Below are positions 51,034 through 64,000 of a stretch of DNA of 64,000 bases, one piece after another. A model generated the notes under the pieces. The model was not told where the DNA came from. It did not search any database and saw only the letters and a program-made list of their open reading frames with translations. Where the stretch lies: NCBI GenBank assembly GCA_964247055.1, contig OZ176056.1, forward strand, positions 8,618,001-8,682,000, written 5' to 3'. Origin of the DNA: Paragordius varius. Lineage: Eukaryota; Animalia; Nematomorpha. The translations under genes were made by a program, and so were the position numbers. Position 1 is the stretch's first letter. Every line of letters begins with the position of its first letter.

Positions 51034-52801
51034 ATGATTTATATTAGCCCAAAAACACCTAATTTATTTGTAGGATGAATTTGAATTGTTCAAGGGTGAA
51101 TTTTATCTTAATGGTATAAAAAATATCATTCTTTAATGTATATATCTTGATTGAAAAATGTATAAGGCAGGGTTTTTTTATTTTTAAGGCATATAATAAA
51201 AAATTTATTTGCATTTATTATGGTAATTGGTGGATATCTTACAGTAAAAACTGAAATTATACGAAAAAAAAGTAAAAATATAAAGACAAATATTTTTTTC
51301 TAAAAGACAACTATACTTTTGAAATCTTATTTTATATAAATCATTGGAATTGTAAAATATGATATAGAGATATAAGGTAATACTATCCATTATATATTTT
51401 TTGATTATAATTAAATAATTTATTTAGAAAAGTCTAAGGTTTAAAAAAGTATGATTGTCTTTTGAAAAGAATAATTATCTTTATGTATTTACGTTGAGTC
51501 CGTATAATTCAATTTTACTGTAAAAAATTGCGATTGAGCAAGTATGGTTGATTCTTAAAAAAATATTTATCTTTATATTTTACATCCGTATAATTTCAAT
51601 TACTGTAAAATCGTGGAAGTAGCGCACATTATGTTTTGTAAAATATTTTCAGTAAAAATTAATGCCCAAAATAAAATATATTGTAACTATATCTGATCAA
51701 AATAACCCTTGTAAAAAATTTCATTTTTAATTGTACATTTTAATTTTTGCCCTACTAAAAAGGACTAGTTATCCTGAATTAAACGATGCCGAGATTTAGC
51801 AATCAAATTGAAAAACAATTTAGATCGAAAGTTCGGACAAATATTCGGGGCAAACCTATAAATATCTATAGTTTCGGGAAAAATGAAATTAAAAATTATA
51901 CCATTTGCAAGTTGGTCATTTAACACTTCAAATTGGTTTTAACATTAAGTTTTAAAATACTTTTGGAAAACAACATTTCTAACAAAAAAATATTTTTAGA
52001 TTATGATTTTGAATGCAAAAATATGTAATAAAAAACAGATTATAAGATAAATCAGTATGTAAATTATGGTAAGCAAAAAATGTTTAATCAATTTTAATTG
52101 TTAAATGACCAACTTGAGCAAATGGTATTAACTTTTTTATTTCATGCGAAACTATAGAATTTATAAATTTAAATACTAATGTGAACCATTGATCTCAATT
52201 GTTAAAATAAAAAAATTTATGCAAAATTTTCTTAAAAATATTTTTTCCACAAATATCTAAAAACCATAAAACTCATCCAGTTAATAAAATAAAACTGTTG
52301 AATAATAAATTATTAATGATTGTGTAGCATCAAAAAATTGTCATTCGATTGTTTGTAAATATAATCCTAATTAGTGAAACGTAAATAAATGATAACTACT
52401 ATATAAAGGTTAAAAAAATTTGAGATGTGTTGGTTAAAAACTTGGTAAATTATGATAATTAAAATTGAAAACCCATACCACAATTATTTAATTATTTGAT
52501 GGTAAAGTGCGTCGGTTTAAATCGTGTAGCTCCGAGAACTCTATGAAAAATTTCAGAATTTGTTAAGTTTTACATTTGCAACTCGTTGCATTTTAAAAAA
52601 AATAATCAAATTTAAACTGTTATATGACCTTTAAATGGGTCATTTTTTGTATTTTTAAAATATTAATTATTAAATGCCTATTTTTGAATTAATTTTTTAA
52701 AAAACCAGCGCCCCTTCAACTATGGGGCCAGGTGCTTCAGCCCCCTTTCTCCCCGATCTAGCTACAACATTTTTCCAAGTATTTCCGCATGAAACTTTTA
52801 G

Positions 52802-53866
52802 CTATCGAATGATATATGATTCTTAAAGAAATTTTTGATTGCCATTTTCGGCAAAGAAAGTTAAAAAACATTAACATTTATATATATTATATGACATACC
52901 TCCCAAGTCAATGAGCAGTGTTTTAGTCCGGTTTTTGGAAAGATTTTCCCAGCCTGTTATATTTTTAAGTCCCGAATGGTAGGCTGAGAAGTAATGTAAT
53001 GCTGGTAAATTCGACAACTCTGAAATATTTAAGGAATCAAATCGATTGTAATTCAAAATTATTTGTTCAATTGATTCATTATATGCAACGTTTGTAAAGT
53101 CAACGGAGGTGATATTACTTTTGATATAAAGGGTTTTTAAATGGGGCCATTTTACAATCGGTTTCAAATCTCTCAACCCCCAAACATATAATTCTAAAAA
53201 TTCAATATTATTTGATTTCATAAATATGTCGGGAGTAACCGTAAAAAAGGTGAGGGTCAAAGATTTTAGGGTTTTAGGGAAATATTGTGCGGAGTTTATT
53301 AAGTTTGTATCACGACGACTCATAGTTCTGCCTTTTATGGTTAAGGAGCGAATCATAGGGAATTTTCGCAATATGTCAGATAAATCATAATGATCTTCCG
53401 ACGCGTACAAAATCACTTCTTTGCGTTTAAATTTTTAGCACCAAAAGTTTTTGTGTATGTAATCACCTCAAGAGTTTCCAATCTAGGCAAATAAGCTTGC
53501 ATGGCACTATCATTTGTTGCGTATAGAGTTAATCTCTTTATGCTTGAGTGATTAATATGACCTACCAAACTAACTTTTTCAAGGTATTAAGTTACGTTTT
53601 GCAACATTGGAAAGAGATGTAAGATGGTCCAATTGAAATCTTTCCCAAAACCTAATATTTTAAGATCAATCGATTCAACCATTGTATGTGTCGAAGACAA
53701 TACCTTTAACAACTCATATGTATGATTAATATTTGCATCGTAATCTCGATTGGATATTTTAATATTCCGTAAAGTGAATCCCTCATTCAAAATGTATTGC
53801 GTTGGTGGATAGCACTTGAATGTACTGGTCATTTAGAACAAAAAGATTTATAATTTTAAACATCAT
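52802..53866 (-). pseudogene. LRR pseudogene, copy 3
   Basis: Same lesions as copy 2; the extreme 3' end carries some unit-1-type alleles. Confidence 0.7.
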
Positions 53867-55872
53867 GTAAATGGTTCATCTGATTTATATGAAGTTGTGA
53901 GTCACATGTGTTAATTTTAATTCTTCGACTGTGCATAGCAAAATAGATAATAAACAGAGCAAAATATTTATATATGCTAAGCAATTTGGCTGTTTTAAAA
54001 TATAAAGATTGCATCTAATTTTAACATAACGTAAATAGTATAGTCTAAATTCTTTAAATATAAGGCTTAAAATGCGGCCTCCGTTTTATAAAGTTGCGAC
54101 CGTAAATATTATCCCGTCAGCAGACAGAACCGTCAATAATTCAAATATAATTGATTGAAAGCAAGTATGATCGCAATCAGAAAAATATTTATAAGTAAAG
54201 GGTGGTGAGAAACTCAAATTCGAAGGCTTGAGGCCTTCTTCTCAAATGGCAACAAGGGATGGGGACATGAATGAAACCAAGCAGCAAGGATTGCCGGTTT
54301 GAAGGAGCGAACTGATTACGAGGTAAATATATTGTTTAGGTGTATTGGGAGAAACTTTATTGGGGAGGCGTTCACGACGGAGCTGTGCAAAGGAGCTACC
54401 CAACCAGAAGCCCTGAATCGAGGTCCTGGACTTGGGAATGGCCTATCAATGGGATGACATATGGAAAAGAGGTAAACCTAATGTTTAGGTGGGGGGATTC
54501 TTGAGACGGAGCTTGTCAAGCCAGCACTACCCCTGATGATCAAAACAAGCTACTTGGGAGCAGGCTTGGTTGTTGGATGGCGACTTGCTCGGATCAAACA
54601 ACACTGCTACTTGGAGGATGGCATTCTGTTGAATGCACAACTCTCATTTTACTTGTGGAGAGTTTTTGGGCCAAATGACTCTCTAGTGGGAGAATATTTC
54701 CTCCTTTGGGGAAATCAACTCTTGTTATTTTGAGAGAGTTGTTTTCTCCAAACGTGTGAAGGAGGAGGATTTATTTCTCCCATTAGAGAGTGAGTCAGGC
54801 CCCCAAGTCCAAAATTTTATTTTGAGCACTCTTACTCCCGGACGCTCAAAATAAAATTTTGGACTTAGAATATTTTTTAATTTTTTTTTCTCGCCCTTTG
54901 GGGGGGGGGGGGGTTATATATATTTATTTATATTTTTTAATTTTTTTTTCAAAAAATATAAGATAAAGTAAGCATTATTTATTGACAATAATTATATAAA
55001 ATATTCATTTTTCTGTTTGTTTTCATTCTTGTCTTGTTGGTTATTAATGATTAACGTTTTGAGATTATGGTTTGATTGGATTCGTATTTTTGTCATTCAT
55101 GATCAACGTTTTAAGATGGTTTCATTGCATTATTCATGTATTTTCTGAATCTATAAAAATTAATAAACATTAGTTTTAGAGATTAAATTTTCAATGTTAT
55201 CATAACCTAATTTAAACTAGTAAATCAAATTTTAAATAATTTTTACAATTATTGTCAATTAATTAGCATCTAGAAATTATTAGGAGGTTTAGAGCACTTT
55301 TTTTTTATAAATTTTGACGTATGAGCCATTTATTTATATAATAAAATCTTTATTTTAAGATTTAGAGATATTAGCTGTAAACTAACTAATTTTAGCGGTT
55401 AATATTCAATATTAATTCTAAAATCACAATGATTAAAAATTTATTAAAGATGATAAACCTATCCTTAATCTAAGAAATACACCGACTTTAACCCTTAATC
55501 TAAGCCTAACCCACAAGTTTGAAAGCCTTTAATTGTTAACCTAAACCGCAATAAAATGAGTTTCAAAAAAATATTTTTATTCTTTTGAATAAAATAATAT
55601 CAGCTATTTACAAAAAAATAACTGTTTATAAATATGATCTTCTATTAATTTTGTGGTTTTTAAATAATATTCAGACATATGCGGACTCTTTTACTTAGAT
55701 ATCAAATATCATAAAACAAACATAGTGTTAGGGTCAAAACAAATTTAGGAAGGCAATAATATCCTACCTATTATAAAATTATTTATTCAATGATTAAAAA
55801 ACAAGTATTTCATTCAATAATTAACTACAATGGGATCAATTTAAATAATTCCTCTTATCAATTAATTAAAAA

Positions 55873-55979
55873 GAAATGCGTGGGTCTCGGCCTGCTTCGC
55901 AGCCCGAGGAAGTCCTGCGGACTTCTTTAAGGAAATGAACCAACTCCAATCCCTAACCCTAGCCCACAAACTCGAAACC
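55873..55979 (-). mobile_element. ~115 bp element, unit 3
   Basis: Matches 30221-30327. Confidence 0.75.
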
Positions 55980-58900
55980 CTAAAAGTTTTTTACCCCTTA
56001 TTGTAAAATAAATTTTTGCTAAATACCTTAAAATCCCTACCATTAAAAAGCCATTGATCATGTGTTTAGTATGTTTATTACATGTAAACCATAAAATAAA
56101 ACAGTTTAATTAGCAATGTTTACTAGAAATCAAGAGAAAAGGCCATTCATTAAAAGCAAAAATATTTTAAGATTAAATGATCAAGAACTATTACATGAAA
56201 ACGAACATAATAGAAAGCATTATCAATTACAATATCCATTTAAATGGTTGCTTATTTCATACCATAGTAGGGCAATTCTCAACACAGTAGTGTATGGAAA
56301 AACCATACAAAGACTTCAATAAACCATTATTTTCTTCCTTTTTTCCATACAGTACTGTTGTGTTGCAATTTGCCTTACTATTATAGAAATAAGCAACCAT
56401 TAAAACATATATTGTAATATAAATTTAAATTAACTGAACACGTTTGAAAAACATCGCCATAGAGATAAAAGTATTTATCGACAATAATTAAAGAAAATTC
56501 TTAAAGAGATATAAATTAAAATGACAAATAAGACCATTGTTCAAAGTTATTTCAAAAAATGTAATTTATTCAAAAAATTCATTAATAAACTATAAGTATA
56601 TTATATATTATTTAAATTATGGTATAAATTTATCACCTAATCAATAAAAGTGAATCAAAATATTATTCAATAAACTTGGGATTTATAAGAAAATAAAAAT
56701 AAAAACATTTTACAATAATTTAAATTAATGAATTATTAGTGATAAAAAGGTAAGTATTCTAATATATTCATTAAAATTAGTTATTTATAATATAATTATT
56801 TATAAAAATTACTAAACTAAAAAGAGGTATATTATCTATTTTCTAAATAAAAAACAGCTGAAAAAACTAGTTACCAAAATTTTAATATTAAACTTAAAAT
56901 TAATGAAATTTTAAATATACAAAAAATCATTAGTTAAAAAGTCTTTAATTTAAATTTGTTTATAATTGGTGATAAAAAATTTAATTTATATTAATTTTAT
57001 TTTTACGTTTGACAAATATTACTTGTAGTAATCAAAAATATAATTATCTAAACAGCTGACCATGAAAATTGGTTATTTAATACACTGTAAGACAGAAAAA
57101 CAGATAAATACAATAAAGTTGATAATATTTAAAAAAAGAGATTCTTATCAATAGATTACTATAGAAATATTCTAAATTAGTTGTTTGTTGTTCTTATATC
57201 TTAGCAAAAATTCTTTAAGAGCCAAAATTTTGAAAAACTCAGGTAACTTTATAAAAAAATATTTAAATAATGGTTAAGATATACCATAATAACTTTTGAG
57301 ATTTTGACTTTTCCGCGCACACAATGTTCAGAAACCACATCATTCTAATTGAATATAAAATAATGTTTAATAATTAAATGAATATTTTTTCTTTAACAGA
57401 AATGCTGGTTGTTATATAGTTTTTTCAATCATAGTTAACGGTTTATTAATGATATTTAGCGTTGTTTTAAAAAAATGCGTTCACAAAAACATTATAGCGG
57501 TTATTTTCATTTATTACTAATTAACAAAAAATAAATAAATTGATTAATATTTAGCTTTTTTAGGAAAAAAACAAATTAACTATTTATTTCTAATAAAATT
57601 TAGCGTTTTTTGATGAAAATTAGGTTAAATGTAATCATTTATATAAGAATGAAAAACATAGTTTTGAAAATATCAAAAACAAACAGCTGTTACGGCTAAT
57701 TCAATTAAATTGAAAAAAACATATATATTTAGCTAAAATTCTGCTAAAAAAATTTTTTTTATACTGCCCTGTAGTTTTTCAAAATTATCTTACAGTAATT
57801 TATATCAGCTGATTTTTAATAAATATTGGAGAATAATTATTAAATTTGGCTGTTTTAATAAAAAAATAGTAATTGCATAATTTGGCTGTAGTTAAAAAAT
57901 TTTATAAAAAAAATATCAGTTTTTAATTATAATTGAACTGTATTATAAAGGATATCAACATAACTCTCCTATTAGAAATAGTTAGGGGTTTATTGGTATA
58001 TAACTATATTATTAAAATCCAACTGTTTATTAGCGATTAAATAACTTATAAAATCAGGATTTTAATTAGGTTATTTATATGCAAATTCAAATTTTTAAAA
58101 GGAGCTCTGTTTTAGAGTTTTTTTCAAAAAATATAAGCTAATTAACGGGTATAAAATTTAAACTGTTTTTAATAAAATTAACTTTTAAAGGGCTTTTTAC
58201 AAAAAATTACCCTTTAAAACCAAAAAATTAATTAACATTTTTATAAATGGCATTGTGATAATTTAATAATGTAAAAATAAATACCAAATTTCAATATATA
58301 TTCAAGCCAAACGTTTTCCATTACGATTCATTTAAGTTTTTGCGAATTCAGGCAACGCATTTCTAAATTAATATAAGGTATATATTATACATTGCTATAT
58401 TAAAATGTATATATTAATAGTATTATAATAAATTAACTGTTTGAATAAATAAACTGTATAAATCATAAATATTTCACTTTTAATATAAATCAACTGTTAT
58501 AGTTGAATCAGTATAAATAAATCATAAATTTTTGTCATTCATGATCAACGTTTTAAGATGGTTTCATTGCATTATTCATGTATTTTCTGAATCTATAAAA
58601 ATTAATAAACATTAGTTTTAGAGATTAAATTTTCAATGTTATCATAACCTAATTTAAACTAGTAAATCAAATTTTAAATAATTTTTACAATTATTGTCAA
58701 TTAATTAGCATCTAGAAATTATTAGGAGGTTTAGAGCACTTTTTTTTTATAAATTTTGACGTATGAGCCATTTATTTATATAATAAAATCTTTATTTTAA
58801 GATTTAGAGATATTAGCTGTAAACTAACTAATTTTAGCGGTTAATATTCAATATTAATTCTAAAATCACAATGATTAAAAATTTATTAAAGATGATAAAC

Positions 58901-59314
58901 CTATCCTTAATCTAAGAAATACACCGACTTTAACCCTTAATCTAAGCCTAACCCACAAGTTTGAAAGCCTTTAATTGTTAACCTAAACCGCAATAAAATG
59001 AGTTTCAAAAAAATATTTTTATTCTTTTGAATAAAATAATATCAGCTATTTACAAAAAAATAACTGTTTATAAATATGATCTTCTATTAATTTTGTGGTT
59101 TTTAAATAATATTCAGACATATGCGGACTCTTTTACTTAGATATCAAATATCATAAAACAAACATAGTGTTAGGGTCAAAACAAATTTAGGAAGGCAATA
59201 ATATCCTACCTATTATAAAATTATTTATTCAATGATTAAAAAACAAGTATTTCATTCAATAATTAACTACAATGGGATCAATTTAAATAATTCCTCTTAT
59301 CAATTAATTAAAAA

Positions 59315-59421
59315 GAAATGCGTGGGTCTCGGCCTGCTTCGCAGCCCGAGGAAGTCCTGCGGACTTCTTTAAGGAAATGAACCAACTCCAATCCCTAACC
59401 CTAGCCCACAAACTCGAAACC
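59315..59421 (-). mobile_element. ~115 bp element, unit 3 internal duplication
   Basis: Matches 33663-33769. Confidence 0.75.
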
Positions 59422-61973
59422 CTAAAAGTTTTTTACCCCTTATTGTAAAATAAATTTTTGCTAAATACCTTAAAATCCCTACCATTAAAAAGCCATTGAT
59501 CATGTGTTTAGTATGTTTATTACATGTAAACCATAAAATAAAACAGTTTAATTAGCAATGTTTACTAGAAATCAAGAGAAAAGGCCATTCATTAAAAGCA
59601 AAAATATTTTAAGATTAAATGATCAAGAACTATTACATGAAAACGAACATAATAGAAAGCATTATCAATTACAATATCCATTTAAATGGTTGCTTATTTC
59701 ATACCATAGTAGGGCAATTCTCAACACAGTAGTGTATGGAAAAACCATACAAAGACTTCAATAAACCATTATTTTCTTCCTTTTTTCCATACAGTACTGT
59801 TGTGTTGCAATTTGCCTTACTATTATAGAAATAAGCAACCATTAAAACATATATTGTAATATAAATTTAAATTAACTGAACACGTTTGAAAAACATCGCC
59901 ATAGAGATAAAAGTATTTATCGACAATAATTAAAGAAAATTCTTAAAGAGATATAAATTAAAATGACAAATAAGACCATTGTTCAAAGTTATTTCAAAAA
60001 ATGTAATTTATTCAAAAAATTCATTAATAAACTATAAGTATATTATATATTATTTAAATTATGGTATAAATTTATCACCTAATCAATAAAAGTGAATCAA
60101 AATATTATTCAATAAACTTGGGATTTATAAGAAAATAAAAATAAAAACATTTTACAATAATTTAAATTAATGAATTATTAGTGATAAAAAGGTAAGTATT
60201 CTAATATATTCATTAAAATTAGTTATTTATAATATAATTATTTATAAAAATTACTAAACTAAAAAGAGGTATATTATCTATTTTCTAAATAAAAAACAGC
60301 TAAAAAAACTAGTTACCAAAATTTTAATATTAAACTTAAAATTAATGAAATTTTAAATATACAAAAAATCATTAGTTAAAAAAGTCTTTAATTTAAATTT
60401 GTTTATAATTGGTGATAAAAAATTTAATTTATATTAATTTTATTTTTACGTTTGACAAATATTACTTGTAGTAATCAAAAATTTTTATAGTTATCAAAAA
60501 TATAATTATCTAAACAGCTGACCATGAAAATTGGTTATTTAATACACTGTAAGACAGAAAAACAGATAAATACAATATTTTAAGTTGATAATATTTAAAA
60601 AAAGAGATTCTTATCAATAGATTACTATAGAAATATTCTAAATTAGTTGTTCTTATATCTTAGCAAAAATTCTTTAAGAGCCAAAATTTTGAAAAACTCA
60701 GGTAACTTTATAAAAAAATATTTAAATAATGGTTAAGATATACCATTTGACTTTTCCGCGCACACAATGTTCAGAAACCACATCATTATAATTGAATATA
60801 AAATAATGTTTAATAATTAAATGAATATTTTTTCTTTAACAGAAATGCTGGTTGTTATATAGTTTTTTCAATCATAGTTAACTGTTTATTAATGATATTT
60901 AGCGTTGTTTTAAAAAATAAATGCGTTCACAAAAACATTATAGCGGTTATTTCTTATTTATTACTAATTAACAAAAAATAAATAAATTGATTAATATTTA
61001 GCTTTTTTAGGAAAAAAACAAATTAACTATTTATTTCTAATAAAATTTAGCGTTTTTTGATGAAAATTAGGTTAAATGTAATCATTTATATAAGAATGAA
61101 AAACATAGTTTTGAAAATATCAAAAACAAACAGCTGTTACGGCTAATTCAATTAAATTGAAAAAAACATATATATTTAGCTAAAATTCTGCTAAAAATTT
61201 TTTTTTTATACTGCCCTGTAGTTTTTCAAAATTATCTTACAGTAATTTATATCAGCTGATTTTTAATAAATATTGGAGAATAATTTTTAAATTTGGCTGT
61301 TTTAATAAAAAAATAGTAATTGCATAATTTGGCTGTAGTTAAAAAATTTTATAAAAAAATATCAGTTTTTAATTATAATTGAACTGTATTATAAAGGATA
61401 TCAACATAACTCTCCTATTAGAAATAGCTAGGGGTTTATTGGTATATAACTATATTATTAAAATCCAACTGTTTCTAAGCAATTAAATAACTTATAAAAC
61501 CAAGGTTTTAATTAGGTTATTTATATGCATATTCAAATTTTTAAAAGGAGCTCTGTTTTAGAGTTTTTTTAAAAAATATAAGCTAATTAACGGGTATAAA
61601 AATTTAAGCTTTTTACAAAAAATTTACTCTTTAAAAACCTAATTAATCAATTTTTTTTATAAATGTGGCATTTGGATAATTAAAGTAAAAATAAATACCA
61701 AATTCCGAAATATTCAAGGCTTACATTTTTTATTACGATTCGTTTCAGTTTTTGCGCAAATAATCGATTAAGGCAACGCATTTCTATATTAATATAAGGT
61801 AAAAATTATAAATTGTTATATAAAAATATATTATTAAACAGTATTTTTAATAAATCAACTGTATAAATTAATCATCAGTTAAAAGAAACCATAAATAATC
61901 AACTGTACAAATAAATAAACTGTTTTAAATATTATGAACTATTTAGATAAATTAAATAAATCAGCTGATTATA

Positions 61974-62492
61974 TAAACAACTGAATAATAAAACAACTGA
62001 ATAATAAAACAACTGAATAATAAAACAACTGAATAATAAAAACAACTGAATAATAAAAACAACTGAATAATAAAAACAACTGAATAATAAAAACAACTGA
62101 ATAATAAAAACAACTGAATAATAAAAACAACTAAATAATAAAAACAACTGATTAATAAAAACAACTGATTATCTAAACAACTGATTATTTAAACAACTGA
62201 TTAATTAAAACAACTGATTAATTAAAACAACTGGTTGAATAAAAACAAATGATTAATTAAAACAACTGGTTGAATTAAAACAACTGGTTGAATTAAAACA
62301 ACTGGTTGAATTAAAACAAATGATTAATTACAACAAATGATTAATAAAAACAACTGATTTATATAAACAACTGATTGATAAAAACAACTGATTGATAAAA
62401 ACAAATAATTAATAATGACAACTGATAAATAAAAAAAACTGCTTAATAAAAATAACTGATAAATTAAAAAACCTGAAATATCAAAACAACTC
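61974..62492. repeat. 17-bp satellite, unit 3 (same allele as unit 2)
   Basis: Matches 36322-36840 at offset 25652. Confidence 0.97.
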
Positions 62493-62908
62493 AAATTAAA
62501 AAACAAATATTTTAAAAAATTTTAAAACATTTAATATAACTATAATATTAATCAAGAATTTGAATTATTAAACTGTAAAAAATTACCAATTCAAAAATAT
62601 CAAGCCAAAATCTTTTGCTTTACGATTTGTTTCAGTTTTTGCGCAAATAATTGATTGAGGCAACACATTCTAAAAAAATAATGAAAATATATAAATTGAA
62701 TATAAACGATTAATTACAATATAATAATTCAAAAAAACGCTATTTAAGAATGAATGATATGTTTTGTGTTTAATTATCTAAAAAACCAATTTGCTGGCAT
62801 TCAAGTAATTTTGCCGAATTGAGCGAATTAATATTTAAATGAAAGCATTTTTTTAAACTTTCTGATTTTTAGAATTATTATTAGTACAACATTTGGGTTT
62901 ATAGGCAT

Positions 62909-64000
62909 ATTTTTAACCGATTAGCAAATTTTAAGGAAACTTTAACCGATTATTAGCAAATTTTAAGGAAACTTTAACCAATTTTTAGCCTATTATAAGA
63001 AAACTTTAACCGATTTTTAGCAAACTTTAAGAAAACTTTAACCGATTTTTAGCCTATTATAAGGAAACTTTAACCGATTTTTAGCAAATTTTAAGAAAAC
63101 TTTAACCGATTTTTAGCAAATTTTAAGAAAACTTTAACCGATTTTTAGCCTATTTTAAGAAAACTTTAACCGATTTTTAGCAAACTTTAACCGAAATTTT
63201 AAGAAAAACTTTAACCGAATTAGCAAATTTCAAGGGCACTTTAACCGATTTTTAGCAAATTTCAAGAAAACTTTGTACGATTTTTAGCCTATTATAAGGA
63301 AACTTTAAATAATTTTAGCAAATTAAAGGAAACTTTAACAGATTATTAACAAATTTAAAGAAAACTTTAACCAATTTTTAGCCTATTATAAGAAAACTTT
63401 AACCGATTTTTAGCCTATTATAAGGAAACTTTAACCGACTTTAGCAAATTTTAAAGAAACTTTAACCGATTTTTAGCAAACTTTAAGAAAACTTTAACCG
63501 ATTTTTAGCAAATTTTAAGAAAACTTTAACCGATTTTTAGCAAATTTTAAGAAAACTTTAACCGATTTTTAGCCTATTATAAGGAAACTTTAACCGATTT
63601 TCAGAAAATTTTAAGGAAACTTTAACCAATTTTTAGCCTATTATAAGAAAACATTAACCGATTTTTAGCCTATTATAAGGAAACTTTAACCGATTTTCAG
63701 AAAATTTTAAAGAAACTTTAACCGATTTTTAGCAAATTTTAAAGAAATTTTAAGAAAAACTTTAACCGAATTAGCAAATTTCAAGGGCACTTTAACCGAT
63801 TTTTAGCAAATTTTAGCAAATTTTAAGAAAACTTTAACCGATTTTTAGCAAATTTCAAGAAAACTTTGTACGATTTTTAGCAAATTTTAACTTTAACCGA
63901 TTAGCAAATTTTAAGATAATTTTAATCGATTTTTAGCCTATTATAAGGAAACTTTAACCGATTATTAGCAAATTTTAAGAAACCTTTAACCGATTATTAG
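62909..64000. repeat. ~32-bp satellite, unit 3 (cut by the window end)
   Basis: Same monomer order as unit 2. Confidence 0.97.

Larger units (their letters stand above)
55086..61969. repeat. Same 3,442-bp internal duplication in unit 3 (junction at 58528)
   Basis: Identical junction sequence; ORF offset 56116/59558. Confidence 0.95.

Overview
Very AT-rich eukaryotic repetitive DNA, with no intact host gene, RNA gene or CRISPR array. The window holds three head-to-tail copies of a ~21-25 kb macro-repeat: unit 1 at 1-21469, unit 2 at 21470-44309, and unit 3 at 44310 to the window end (incomplete). Each unit carries, in the same order: an orphan decayed MCM2 exon, the 3' end of a dead restriction-like-endonuclease (R2/NeSL-type) retroelement, a cluster of MITE/foldback-like inverted repeats, a ~1 kb single-exon LRR pseudogene on the minus strand, an unexplained GC-rich 600 bp segment, copies of a ~115 bp element, a 17-bp satellite and a 32-bp satellite. 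Units 2 and 3 share a 3,442 bp internal duplication and are nearly identical over ~11 kb. Unit 3 alone has a 3.05 kb RTE-clade LINE insertion. The most intriguing item is the ~115 bp element. One of its strands combines a telomere-like four-tract G-quadruplex motif with two adjacent C(GNA)G-triloop hairpins, which suggests a role as single-stranded DNA. Most ORFs in the supplied track are artefacts of satellites or AT-rich DNA. All alignments and translations were done by eye, and no database search was possible.
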